A stretch of 64,000 nt of DNA from Hyalangium minutum (GCF_000737315.1 NZ_JMCB01000003.1:310001-374000); one strand, 5' to 3'; shown: positions 49,447 through 58,666, counted from the first letter of the stretch. The notes: a model not told the origin generated them from the letters alone. Translations and numbers: made by a program.

Positions 49447-51938
49447 GCGGACTTCCGCTCTTCAGACGGAGCGGCTGGCTGGTCGCCCTCCGTGCGGATG
49501 TTCAGGCTCTGGACCACCGCAGCCTCCCCTGCCCTCTCCCCATGCCGGAACTTCCAGCGCTCCAGCAGCGCCAGCAGCGCCGGAAAGAACACCGTTGTTC
49601 CCAGGAAGGTGCACACGACTCCGAGGAGCGCAATCTGTCCGATGGAGCGCAATCCCTGGTGGCTGGCCACCAGCAAAGCGCCGTAGCCCGCGGCGTTGGA
49701 CAGCGTGGCCGCCACGGCGGCGAACCCCGTGTGCCGGACCACATGGCCCAGCGAGCCCGGGCCCTCTTCCTCATAGCGGTGGAAAAGATGCACGGAGTTG
49801 TCCACCGCGATCGCCAGCAGGTTGGGCAGCACCACCGCGTTGATGAAGTTGAGCTGCACGTCGAACAGGTACATGCCCCCGGCCAGGCACACCATGCCGA
49901 GGAACAGCGGCCCCGCGACGAGCATCGCCTTCTTCAGGCTGCGCAGGCTGGCGAAGATGGCCAGGAACACCACCAGCGCCGCCGCCCCCAGGATGAACGG
50001 CCCGTCCCCGCGCACCATCGCGAAGATGCGCGAGGCGATGCGGTTGCTGTCCAGCACCGACAGATCGATCCCCCGCACGTGCGCTTCATAGACCACCTCG
50101 TCGAGCTGTGACGCCCAGCGCTGGAGATCCCGCGTGTCGTAGTTGGACACCGAGGGGAACAGCAGCAGGAACATCCCCTTGCCATCCAGCGCCTCGAAGC
50201 GGCGGCGGGCCTCCACCGGCAGTTGCTCGATGCCGTACGGGGTGGCCCCCAACATGGCCTGGAAGTCCTTCACGCGAGGGTCTTCCCGGACGGACTCGGG
50301 CATCTGGGACACCAGCTCTCGCAGGCGGGCGATCTCCGCCTGGCGGTGCTCCACATCCTCGGGGATCAGATCGGCCAGCGAGGCGGAGCGCAGGAACACC
50401 GAGTGCGTGCTGTGCCGGCTGTGCACCTCAGCGATCACCTGCCGCACCTTCCGGGCCTGCTCCAGATCGTCCACGAGCAAAATGGCCGGGTTGAGCGGGT
50501 TGCCGAGCTGCTCGGTGATGTGATCGTCCAGGCGCGAAGAGGGCGAGTCGCCCTTCAGCTTGCGCATGTCCGTCTCGAAGCCGAGCCGAGGTGCCACGAA
50601 CGCCGAGAAGCCCGCGAAGGCCACCACCACCAGCGCCAGGCCCGCCACCACGGACGTAGGCCAGCGCTTCCCCGCACGCACGGGAGCGCGCTCCCCCGCC
50701 GGGGCCTTGGCGGCCGCTGAGGGGGCACGGAAGGGACGGATCCGCTCGGCGATGGACAGCAGCGACGGCCCCAGCCCGTACGCGGCGAGCACCGCCAACA
50801 TCACTCCCATGCCCGCCAGCAGGCCAAACTGTTGGAAGGCGTGGAACTGCGCCAGGAGCAGCACCAGGAAGGCCGCCGCGTTGGTAAAGGCCGACGTGAG
50901 CGCGCCCGAGAACGTGCCTCGCACCGCCGCGCTGAGCGCCTCGCGCGAATCCAGGTGCTGCCGCTCCTCCCAGTAGCGCATGCCCAGGTGGACGCCGTAC
51001 TCGATGCCCAGTCCGATCAGGATGGCCACCAGGAAGCCCGTCACCACGTTCAGGTGCCCGATGACCAGCTGCGCGAAGGCGAACGTCAGCACCACGCTCA
51101 CCATCACCGGCACTCCCACCACCGCCAGCGCCGACACGCGCCGCGTGGCCAGCAGGATGATGCCTACCGCCAGCAGCGCGGACAGAATGCCCGCGTTGGC
51201 CAGGTCCCGCCGCATCACCGAGTCCTCTTCGATGCGGCTCTGGAAGTTGCCTGTGGCATCCACCGTCACGCCCGGGTAGCCCTGGGCCACCTCCGCCGCG
51301 ACGGCCTTGGCCTCGTCCACGAACTGGCGCGCAAAGCCCAGGTCCGCCGCCGTCCCGGCCGGCTTGAGGAAGAGGTACACCTCTCGGCCATCCGCCGACG
51401 CCAGCTCCTCCTGGATGGGCGACTCAGGCAGGTACTTGCGCTGGAGCTCCTCAAAGGTAGGCGGCGCCTCCTGATTCTCCAGCTCCACGTAGAACGGATT
51501 GAGCTGCCTCCGCTCATACGTCACCCGGGCCTCGAGCTCGTCGTGCAACGCTCGCAGGCGCTCGGCTGGCATGAGCAGCAGTCCGTTGCGCAGGAAGAAG
51601 CCCACGTCAAAGTGGTGCTCCACGTAGCGGACCTGGGGCAGCTTCTCCAGTCGCCCTTGCAGCTCCTTCGCGTAGGCCCGCAGCGTGTCTGGAGCAGCCC
51701 CCTGGGCCCGCAGCACCAGGTACCCGTCCCCACCTGCCTTCTGTGACACCCGCGTCAGATCCTGCACTTCGCGCGCGCCCTCGGGCAGCAGCTCCACGAA
51801 CGAGCCGCGGAACTCCAGCCGCGAGGCCAGCAGCGCCCCACCCAGTCCCAGCGCGGCGAAGAGCCCCACCATCCAGAGAGGACGCGCCACGGCTGTATGG
51901 AGGAACCGCTCAAACCACCGTTGACGCAAATTCGGCAC
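49443..51938 (-). CDS. MMPL/RND-family lipid transporter (HpnN-like architecture)
   Basis: Two repeats of TM + large periplasmic domain + TM bundle; LIGLGIEYGVH and LAIAVDNSVH RND motifs; GTG start inferred. Confidence 0.88.
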   Translation of the reverse strand: MPNLRQRWFERFLHTAVARPLWMVGLFAALGLGGALLASRLEFRGSFVELLPEGAREVQDLTRVSQKAGGDGYLVLRAQGAAPDTLRAYAKELQGRLEKLPQVRYVEHHFDVGFFLRNGLLLMPAERLRALHDELEARVTYERRQLNPFYVELENQEAPPTFEELQRKYLPESPIQEELASADGREVYLFLKPAGTAADLGFARQFVDEAKAVAAEVAQGYPGVTVDATGNFQSRIEEDSVMRRDLANAGILSALLAVGIILLATRRVSALAVVGVPVMVSVVLTFAFAQLVIGHLNVVTGFLVAILIGLGIEYGVHLGMRYWEERQHLDSREALSAAVRGTFSGALTSAFTNAAAFLVLLLAQFHAFQQFGLLAGMGVMLAVLAAYGLGPSLLSIAERIRPFRAPSAAAKAPAGERAPVRAGKRWPTSVVAGLALVVVAFAGFSAFVAPRLGFETDMRKLKGDSPSSRLDDHITEQLGNPLNPAILLVDDLEQARKVRQVIAEVHSRHSTHSVFLRSASLADLIPEDVEHRQAEIARLRELVSQMPESVREDPRVKDFQAMLGATPYGIEQLPVEARRRFEALDGKGMFLLLFPSVSNYDTRDLQRWASQLDEVVYEAHVRGIDLSVLDSNRIASRIFAMVRGDGPFILGAAALVVFLAIFASLRSLKKAMLVAGPLFLGMVCLAGGMYLFDVQLNFINAVVLPNLLAIAVDNSVHLFHRYEEEGPGSLGHVVRHTGFAAVAATLSNAAGYGALLVASHQGLRSIGQIALLGVVCTFLGTTVFFPALLALLERWKFRHGERAGEAAVVQSLNIRTEGDQPAAPSEERKSA

Positions 51939-52081
51939 CCGGCACCACCTTGTCCGCCGGACAAGAGCAAAATTCCGGCCGATCCATTTACAGGGCTTCA
52001 GCAACACCGCCCAAGGCGGAGGACTTCCAGGGGGTTGTAAATTACCCTGACATCGCTGCCATAGCGCCGGAAGTCTGCACC

Positions 52082-52110
52082 TTGACAGTGCTGGTTTCCC
52101 TCTTTATTCA
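52082..52110 (+). promoter_or_regulatory. Putative sigma70-type promoter of spt operon
   Basis: TTGACA, 17-nt spacer, TATTCA. Confidence 0.4.
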
Positions 52111-52155
52111 CGGCCCCGCGTCGCCCCGAAGGAGGTCGCACGCTGCATCAGAGTG

Positions 52156-52179
52156 TGTCAGGCCGGTACACATCTGACA
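52156..52179. promoter_or_regulatory. Inverted repeat TGTCAG-N12-CTGACA upstream of spt; candidate operator
   Basis: Perfect 6-bp arms; a further CTGACAT occurs at 52047-52053. Confidence 0.3.
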
Positions 52180-52233
52180 TCTGCGTGCGCCGAGCCCGCT
52201 CCAGGATCCCCCGACGCAGACAGAAAGACCATC

Positions 52234-53793
52234 ATGAGCGACGTCTTCGACAAGTGCAGTAACTGGAAGGATTACCGCATCGCGAAGGCCACCGGCCTTT
52301 ACCCGTACTTCCGTTCCATCGAAGCGTCCCACGGCGCCACGGAGGTCGAGATCGAAGGCCGCCGCGTCATCATGGTGGGCTCCAACAATTACCTGGGTCT
52401 GTCGGCCGATCCGCGCGTGAAGGAGGCGGCGATCAAGGCGGTAGAGAAGTTCGGCACCACGTGCTCGGGCTCGCGCCTGCTCAACGGCACGCTGGCGCTG
52501 CATGAGGAACTGGAGGCGAAGCTGGCCAAGTTCCTCAACCGCGAGTCGGCCCTGGTCATTTCCACGGGTTTCCAGACGAACCTGGCGCTGTCCTCCATCC
52601 TGGGCCGCCATGACATTGTCTTCACCGATCGGCAGAACCACGCCTCGCTGGTGGACGGCATTCGCCTGGGCTTCGCCACCGAGCGCAAGTTCCGCCACAA
52701 CGACATGGAGCACCTGGAGCAGCTGCTGTCGGCGGCGGATCCGGACGCGGGGAAGATCATCGTCACCGACGGCGTGTTCTCCATGGAGGGCGACATCTGC
52801 AACCTGCCCCGGATCGCCGAGCTGGCGAAGCAGTACAACGCCCGGGTGATGACGGATGACGCGCACTCCATGGGCGTGCTGGGCGAGACGGGCCGCGGCG
52901 TGCCGGAGTACTTCGGCCTGGAGGCGGAGACGGACCTGACGATGGGCACGTTCTCCAAGAGCTTCGCATCGCTGGGCGGCGTGCTGGCGGGGCCCTTCGA
53001 GGTCATCAACTACATGCGCCACAAGGCGCGCTCGGTGATCTTCTCGGCGTCCATGACGCCGGCTTCCATTGCGGCGGTGCTCAAGTCGCTGGAGATCATC
53101 GAGGCGGAGCCGCAGCGGCGCGCGCGCCTGCTGGACATCGCGGAGAAGATGCACAACGGCTTCCGCGCCATGGGCTTCGACACGGGCGTGTCGGTGACGC
53201 CGGTGGTGCCGGTGCACATCGGCGATCAGGTGAAGTGCTTCCGCTTCTGGAAGGCGCTGCACGAGGCGGGCGTGTTCGCCAACCCCGTCATCCCCCCGGC
53301 CGTCGAGGCGGGCCACGCGCTCATCCGCACCAGCTTCATGGCCACGCACACGGATGCGCAGCTGGATCGCGTGCTGGACACCTTCGAGAAGATCGGCCGG
53401 CGCATGGAAGTGATTCCCGAGACGCGGCCCACGGTGTACGAGCCGGTGAAGATCGCTCGGCCGGGCACGGGCGTGCGCTCTAACAAGGCCTCCGAGAAGT
53501 GGGCGGCGGGCTCTGTTGGCCAGCTGGCGGACAAGGGCGGGCTGACGCTCGAGCAGCTGTCGCGCATGTCCTCGCGCGAGGTGGCTGGGAAGATCTTCGA
53601 CGCGGTGGAGCACCTCACCTGGCGCGCGGCGAACCTGCAGCCGGCGGACCTGCGCAAGCTGGGCGGTGCCTCCAAGCGCCTGTGGGAGAAGCGCGGCGAG
53701 CTGCCCGGCCTGCTGCTGGAGAAGGGCGCTCACTTCTTCATGCGCAACGGCCAGGACGGCACCACCACCACCACCCAGGCGGAAAGGAACTAG
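52234..53793 (+). CDS. spt: Serine palmitoyltransferase (alpha-oxoamine synthase family) with C-terminal extension
   Basis: GSNNYLGL, GSRLLNGT, NHASLVDG, DGVFSMEGD, DDAHSMG, GTFSKSFASLGG (SPT-type Lys motif); followed by GNAT and SDR genes. Confidence 0.85.
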   Translation: MSDVFDKCSNWKDYRIAKATGLYPYFRSIEASHGATEVEIEGRRVIMVGSNNYLGLSADPRVKEAAIKAVEKFGTTCSGSRLLNGTLALHEELEAKLAKFLNRESALVISTGFQTNLALSSILGRHDIVFTDRQNHASLVDGIRLGFATERKFRHNDMEHLEQLLSAADPDAGKIIVTDGVFSMEGDICNLPRIAELAKQYNARVMTDDAHSMGVLGETGRGVPEYFGLEAETDLTMGTFSKSFASLGGVLAGPFEVINYMRHKARSVIFSASMTPASIAAVLKSLEIIEAEPQRRARLLDIAEKMHNGFRAMGFDTGVSVTPVVPVHIGDQVKCFRFWKALHEAGVFANPVIPPAVEAGHALIRTSFMATHTDAQLDRVLDTFEKIGRRMEVIPETRPTVYEPVKIARPGTGVRSNKASEKWAAGSVGQLADKGGLTLEQLSRMSSREVAGKIFDAVEHLTWRAANLQPADLRKLGGASKRLWEKRGELPGLLLEKGAHFFMRNGQDGTTTTTQAERN

Positions 53794-53799
53794 GCGCCC

Positions 53800-54978
53800 A
53801 TGGCCCTCCCCGCCGAGTCGTCCAGCGCCACCACCCTGCCCCCAGTTCCCTCGGATGTGACGGTGAAGCCCGTGCGGACCAGCGCGGACAAGACCGCGTT
53901 CATCCGCATGGTCTATCCGATCTACCAGGGGGACCCGAACTGGGTGCCGCCCTTGGAGATGGAGCGAAACGACTTCCTCGACCGGAAGAAGAACCCGTTC
54001 TTCGAGTTCGGTGAGGTGGAGCTGTTCCTGGCGCTCCGGGGTGGCCAGGTGGTGGGCCGCATCGCCGCGGTGAGGGATCCCCACTACAACGAGTTCCACG
54101 GCACCAACGAGGGCTTCTTCGGCCTGTTCGAGTGCATCAACGACGCGGGCGTGGCTCGGGCCCTGTTCGACGCGGCGTCTCAGTGGCTGCGCGCTCAGGG
54201 CTTCGTGAAGATCCTCGGGCCGATGAACTTCTCCACCAACCACGAGGTGGGGCTCCTGGTGGACGGGTTCGATCGGACGCCGGCGATCATGACGACGTAC
54301 AACCCGCCGTACTACGGCGCGCTGATCGAGGCGAACGGCTTCACGAAGGCCAAGGATCTGTGGTCCTTCGAGCTGTCGTCCTCGGTCCAGCCGCCGGAGA
54401 AGGTGGCGCGCATCGCGGAGAAGATCCGCCAGCGCGAGGGCGTCACCGTCCGCTCGGTGGACCTGAAGAACTTCGAGGCCGAGGTGCGCCTCATCAAGAC
54501 CATCTACAACGCGGCCTGGGAGAAGAACTGGGGCTTCGTCCCGATGACGGACCGCGAGTTCGATCACCTGGCGCGGGACATGAAGCAGATCGTCCGGTCG
54601 GAGCTGCTGCTGATCGCCGAGGTGAAGGGCGAGCCAGTGGCCTTCTCCATGACGATCCCGGACGCCAACGAGGCCCTGAAGGAGGCCAAGGGGCGGCTGA
54701 CCACGTTCGGCCTGCCCATCGGGCTGGTGAAGATGCTGCTGGCGGCGCGGAAGATCCGTCGGCTGCGGCTCATCACGCTCGGCATCAAGGAGGGCTACCG
54801 GCGCCGGGGCCTGGACGCCATCCTGTACCTGGACACCCTGCGCACTGCGCACCAACTAGGCTACGAGGGCGGGGAGATCTCCTGGACGCTCGAGGACAAC
54901 CACCTGGTGAACCGGGCGATCGAGTCCATGGGCGGCAAGCGCTCGAAGACCCACCGCGTCTACGAGCGCGCGCTCTAA
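53800..54978 (+). CDS. GNAT-family bacterial ceramide synthase (bCerS/YghO-like)
   Basis: DPNWVPPL, NPFFE, VVGRIAA, GFFGLFECIND, GPMNFSTNHEVGLLVDGF, YNPPYY, SWTLEDN; 6 bp after spt. Confidence 0.85.
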   Translation: MALPAESSSATTLPPVPSDVTVKPVRTSADKTAFIRMVYPIYQGDPNWVPPLEMERNDFLDRKKNPFFEFGEVELFLALRGGQVVGRIAAVRDPHYNEFHGTNEGFFGLFECINDAGVARALFDAASQWLRAQGFVKILGPMNFSTNHEVGLLVDGFDRTPAIMTTYNPPYYGALIEANGFTKAKDLWSFELSSSVQPPEKVARIAEKIRQREGVTVRSVDLKNFEAEVRLIKTIYNAAWEKNWGFVPMTDREFDHLARDMKQIVRSELLLIAEVKGEPVAFSMTIPDANEALKEAKGRLTTFGLPIGLVKMLLAARKIRRLRLITLGIKEGYRRRGLDAILYLDTLRTAHQLGYEGGEISWTLEDNHLVNRAIESMGGKRSKTHRVYERAL

Positions 54979-54995
54979 GCAGCAGCGGAGACAAC

Positions 54996-55997
54996 GTGAA
55001 GATCCTCCTGACGGGAAGCACCGGGTTCATCGGCCAGCGGCTGGCCAAGCGCATCGTCGAGCGGGGTGACACCCTGACGGCGCTCGTGCGGCGCACCTCG
55101 AAGCGGGGGGCGCTGGAGTCGCTCGGTGTGCGCTTCGCGATGGGCGATCTGCTCACGGGCGAGGGGCTCACCGAGGCCGTGAAGGATGTGGACTGTGTGC
55201 TGCACCTGGCCGGTGTCACCAAGTCCCGGGACGAGGCGGGCTACTTCCAGGGCAACGCCGAGGGCACCCGGCGGCTGGTGAAGGCCATGGCGGAGCTCCC
55301 TACCCCGCCTCGGCTCGTGTACTGCTCGTCGCTGGCGGCGGCGGGGCCCTCGGTGCCGGGACGTCCCCGGCGCGAGGAGGAGACGCCAGCGCCTGTCTCC
55401 CTCTACGGCCGGAGCAAGCTGGGCGGAGAGCAGGCGGTGCGGGAGTTTGCGGACCGCGTGCCCTCGGTGATCGTGCGGCCGCCGATCGTGTACGGGCCGG
55501 GAGATCAGGAGTTCCTGCCATCCATGCTGCCGATGGCGCGGCTGGGCGTGATGCTCAAGAGCGGCTTTGGCCCCAAGCTCTACTCGCTCATCCACGTGGA
55601 TGACCTGTGCACCGCGCTGCTGGCGGCGACCGAGCGGGGCCAGACGATGCGCGCGGGTGACGCGACGGCGGGCGTGTACATGGTGTCGGATGGCACGGAG
55701 CACCGGTGGGAGGACTTCTGCCAGGCGCTCGCGCAGGCCATGGGCCGTGCGAAGCCCACGGTGGTGTCGGTGCCCGAGACGGTCAGCTATGTGGTGGGAC
55801 TGGGCTCGGAGCTGGCGGCGCGCGTGAGGGGCACCATTCCGATTCTCAACCGGGACAAGGTCCGGGAGATGGCCTGTCCCGCGTGGACCTGCTCGATGGA
55901 GCGGGCCGCGAAAGAGCTGGGCTTCACGCCCGCCATCCCGCTGGCCCAGGGACTCGTAAGTGCTTTGGGCTCCGAGGCTCGGGCTTCGGGGCGCTAA
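54996..55997 (+). CDS. NAD-dependent epimerase/dehydratase-family SDR, probable ceramide reductase (CerR)
   Basis: GSTGFIG, HLAGVT, CSSLAAAG, YGRSK (YxxxK), RPPIVYGP; GGAG RBS + GTG. Confidence 0.75.
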   Translation: MKILLTGSTGFIGQRLAKRIVERGDTLTALVRRTSKRGALESLGVRFAMGDLLTGEGLTEAVKDVDCVLHLAGVTKSRDEAGYFQGNAEGTRRLVKAMAELPTPPRLVYCSSLAAAGPSVPGRPRREEETPAPVSLYGRSKLGGEQAVREFADRVPSVIVRPPIVYGPGDQEFLPSMLPMARLGVMLKSGFGPKLYSLIHVDDLCTALLAATERGQTMRAGDATAGVYMVSDGTEHRWEDFCQALAQAMGRAKPTVVSVPETVSYVVGLGSELAARVRGTIPILNRDKVREMACPAWTCSMERAAKELGFTPAIPLAQGLVSALGSEARASGR

Positions 55998-56015
55998 CTG
56001 CGCCCCACCCATACC

Positions 56016-56076
56016 CAGGTCTGACTGGTCAGACCTGAGGGTTGGCAGTAACGCCCAAGTCTAACCAGTTAGACTT
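56016..56076. repeat. Two related palindromes in the cerR/mlaC convergent gap; second may act as terminator
   Basis: CAGGTCTGAC-TG-GTCAGACCTG (56016-56037) and AAGTCTAAC-CA-GTTAGACTT (56057-56076) followed by TT. Confidence 0.75.
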
Positions 56077-56086
56077 TTGGGCCGGC

Positions 56087-56728
56087 CTACTTCCCGGTCG
56101 GAGCCTTCGGATCGGCGGTGCCCGTCGCCGCAGCCGGGGGCACATCCGCAGCCTTGGTGGTGGCAGCGGACTTCTCCAGCTGAGCCCGCTTGGTCTTCAG
56201 CGTGGAGAGCAGGCCGTCGAAGCCCTTGTCGGCCAGCAGCTTGCGGAACTGGCCTGCGTACGTCTCCACGAGGGACACCTCATCGGTGACGACATCGTAG
56301 ATGCGCCAGGTCGCGCCCTTCCCCGCCCCCTTGTAGAGCTTGTAGTCGACGGGGATCTGGTCCTTCTTCACTGCAAGGGTCGTGTTGACGACAGCCTCGT
56401 CGCCCTTGATGGTCTCCTTGCCGTACTTCACGTCCGCGTTGGCTTGGCCGATGGCCTTCTGAGCGTACGAGGCGCGCAGCAGCCCCTTCATGGTCTCGGT
56501 GAAGTCCTTGCGCTGCTCGGGCTTGAGCGTGTCCCACGTCTTGCCGAGTGCCCGCTTCGCGAGTTCCTCGAAGTCGACGAACTTCTCCACGACAGAGGCG
56601 AGCTGATCCACCGTGGCCCCAGGCGCGCCGGCGGCCTTCTGGACGTCCGCGTTGCCGGCCTTGACGACCTCGAGCGGAGTGGTGGGAGCGGCAGCGAGCA
56701 GCGTTGCGGCGATCAAAGGTGCAAGCAT
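56087..56728 (-). CDS. MlaC/Ttg2D-family periplasmic lipid-binding protein
   Basis: Signal peptide; FVDFEELAKRALG, F...LL..SY, VDYKL, WRIYDVVTDEVSLVETYAGQF. Confidence 0.88.
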   Translation of the reverse strand: MLAPLIAATLLAAAPTTPLEVVKAGNADVQKAAGAPGATVDQLASVVEKFVDFEELAKRALGKTWDTLKPEQRKDFTETMKGLLRASYAQKAIGQANADVKYGKETIKGDEAVVNTTLAVKKDQIPVDYKLYKGAGKGATWRIYDVVTDEVSLVETYAGQFRKLLADKGFDGLLSTLKTKRAQLEKSAATTKAADVPPAAATGTADPKAPTGK

Positions 56729-56787
56729 CGTTTTTGAGTCTCCGGGATGATGGTCGGAAGTGACGACAGGAGGAGCCAGTCCGTTAT

Positions 56788-58419
56788 TCACTGTCCTGCA
56801 GGCGCCATGCCGGTCACCCGGTTGAGCGCCGCTATTCCCACACGGGCGTCATGCCAGCTCTTGCCCTTGTCGGCTGAGGCCTGAGCAAGCGCTGTGAAGG
56901 CGTCCACCAGCTCGCGGGTGTCTCCCGTGCCGAGATCGAAGGCGGCATAGGCGGCGGTGGCCCAGCGGCGGGCGTTCTTCTCCGCGTCCGTCATGGCGCG
57001 GGCCTTGGCCAGCGCCGCCGTCAGCGCGCCATGCGTCTGGGTCACCTCCAGGCGGATGGCGGACTGGAGCAGCCGCTGCTGGGCCTTCAGCTTGTCCAGC
57101 TCCGCGCGGGATTGGTCGAGCTGCGCGTTCTTCATCGGGATGTCGAAGGTGCCGCGCGCCGCGATGCCGATGCCTGCGGAGCGATCGTTATAAGGATCGT
57201 AGGCGAAGGGTGTGCGCTGCGGGGTGGCGTTGGAGGTGTACGCGAACTTCGCGAAGCCCACGATCCCCAGGTCCGGGTAGTACGCACGCTCGCGGATGAG
57301 GACCTCCTGCTCGCGCGCCGCGATGCCCGCCTGGATGGCCGTCAGCTCGGGCCGGCGCTGCTCGGCCAGCGCCAGGGCCTTCTCCAATGTGGGCGGCGAG
57401 AACTCGTCCTCCTCCAGCGGCAGATCCACGCTGACGACCTGCACGGGCTCTCCAGGCTTGGCACCCGACAACAAACGGATGGCCTCCAGTGCCAGGATCC
57501 GTCCTTGCTGGGCCTCGGCGCGGCGGGACTCCAGCACCTGCCGGAAGAAGTTCAGCTTGTACGTGTCGATCTTGGAGACCTGCTGGGACTCCTCGTCCAG
57601 CAGCTCCTGGATGCGCTTGCCGGCATCCTCCAGTCGCTTCGCTGTCTCCTCGAGCTGCACGATTCCCGCGTTCGCGAGCTGGTACCCATAGAACGCCTGA
57701 GCAGCCTGGAAACCCGCCTCGGCGCGGGCCCGCTCCCGCAGCGCCGCGCCGATGATGGGGCCCTGGTCTCCCGCCTTCTCCAGCGCCGTGAGCTTGCCGA
57801 ACGTGTAGATGGGCAGCAGTGCGTTGACCTCCGCGCGCACCGTGACGCCCAGCGTGCCGAAGTTCCAGTCGCCCTCCAGCGTGGCCTCCGTCGTGGGAGG
57901 ACCGCCGAGCCCGTCATTGCGCGCCTCGGGCACCGGGCCGCCAAAGCCCACCACCGTTTCGAACTTGGGGAACCACGCCCAGTGGGCTTGCCTCTGGAGC
58001 GCTTGCAGCCGGTGAAGCTCCGCCTCGGCCTCCTCGACGCGCGCATCCGAGCGGCGCGCACGCGCCACGAGCTCCTCGAGCGTGAGCGGCCCGCTCTTGG
58101 CGGCCCCCTCGGCCGTGCCTGGAGCCTGCTGCTCGGTGGAGCGCGTCGCGTCCTGGGCGGCCTGATCCTGGGCTTGGGGCGTGGCGCTCTGCGCGCCCTC
58201 TCCCACCGTGGGCTGTCCCGGGAGCGTCGCGGGAGCGCCTGTTATGGGGGATGCCGTGCCCTGCCCGGCTTGAGAGGGGGTCGAGGTGCCCTGCCCTCCC
58301 GAGATGGGAGCGGCGGGTGCTGTGCCGGGCACGCCCTGCGCCGCCGCGCTCCCTGCCGAGAGCGCCAGCCCGATTCCCACGAGTCGTCCGAGTCCTGTCC
58401 GTTTCACCGATGGCCTCAT
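56788..58419 (-). CDS. TolC-family outer membrane efflux protein
   Basis: Signal peptide, P/A/Q/T-rich linker, LTLEELVARA, PIYTFGK, LAEQRRPEL, AAFDLGTGDTRELVDA. Confidence 0.85.
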   Translation of the reverse strand: MRPSVKRTGLGRLVGIGLALSAGSAAAQGVPGTAPAAPISGGQGTSTPSQAGQGTASPITGAPATLPGQPTVGEGAQSATPQAQDQAAQDATRSTEQQAPGTAEGAAKSGPLTLEELVARARRSDARVEEAEAELHRLQALQRQAHWAWFPKFETVVGFGGPVPEARNDGLGGPPTTEATLEGDWNFGTLGVTVRAEVNALLPIYTFGKLTALEKAGDQGPIIGAALRERARAEAGFQAAQAFYGYQLANAGIVQLEETAKRLEDAGKRIQELLDEESQQVSKIDTYKLNFFRQVLESRRAEAQQGRILALEAIRLLSGAKPGEPVQVVSVDLPLEEDEFSPPTLEKALALAEQRRPELTAIQAGIAAREQEVLIRERAYYPDLGIVGFAKFAYTSNATPQRTPFAYDPYNDRSAGIGIAARGTFDIPMKNAQLDQSRAELDKLKAQQRLLQSAIRLEVTQTHGALTAALAKARAMTDAEKNARRWATAAYAAFDLGTGDTRELVDAFTALAQASADKGKSWHDARVGIAALNRVTGMAPAGQ

Positions 58420-58666
58420 TCGCGGCCCGCCCTGTCGGCCCAGACCGCGGCGGCGCAGCATCTCCCTTCAAGGGGGCTCCGTCACCGCTTCTTTAACGTT
58501 TGCTGGGGGTTGTCCCGGGACTGATGAACGTTGGGGGCCCCACTGCGTGCGGGTGCTGACATTTTTTCGCGGGAACTCCTTGCGCTCTGTGGAGCGGGAA
58601 GCACAATCCGCGCCGCCCTTCGACGCGCCCGGCCCCCCGGCCGTGGCCCCAAGACTCAGGAGCCTT

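Noticed and set aside
52234-53793. Assignment as BioF/KBL
   Set aside because: GTFSKS motif and adjacency to bCerS-like and CerR-like genes favour SPT; no biotin or threonine-catabolism genes nearby
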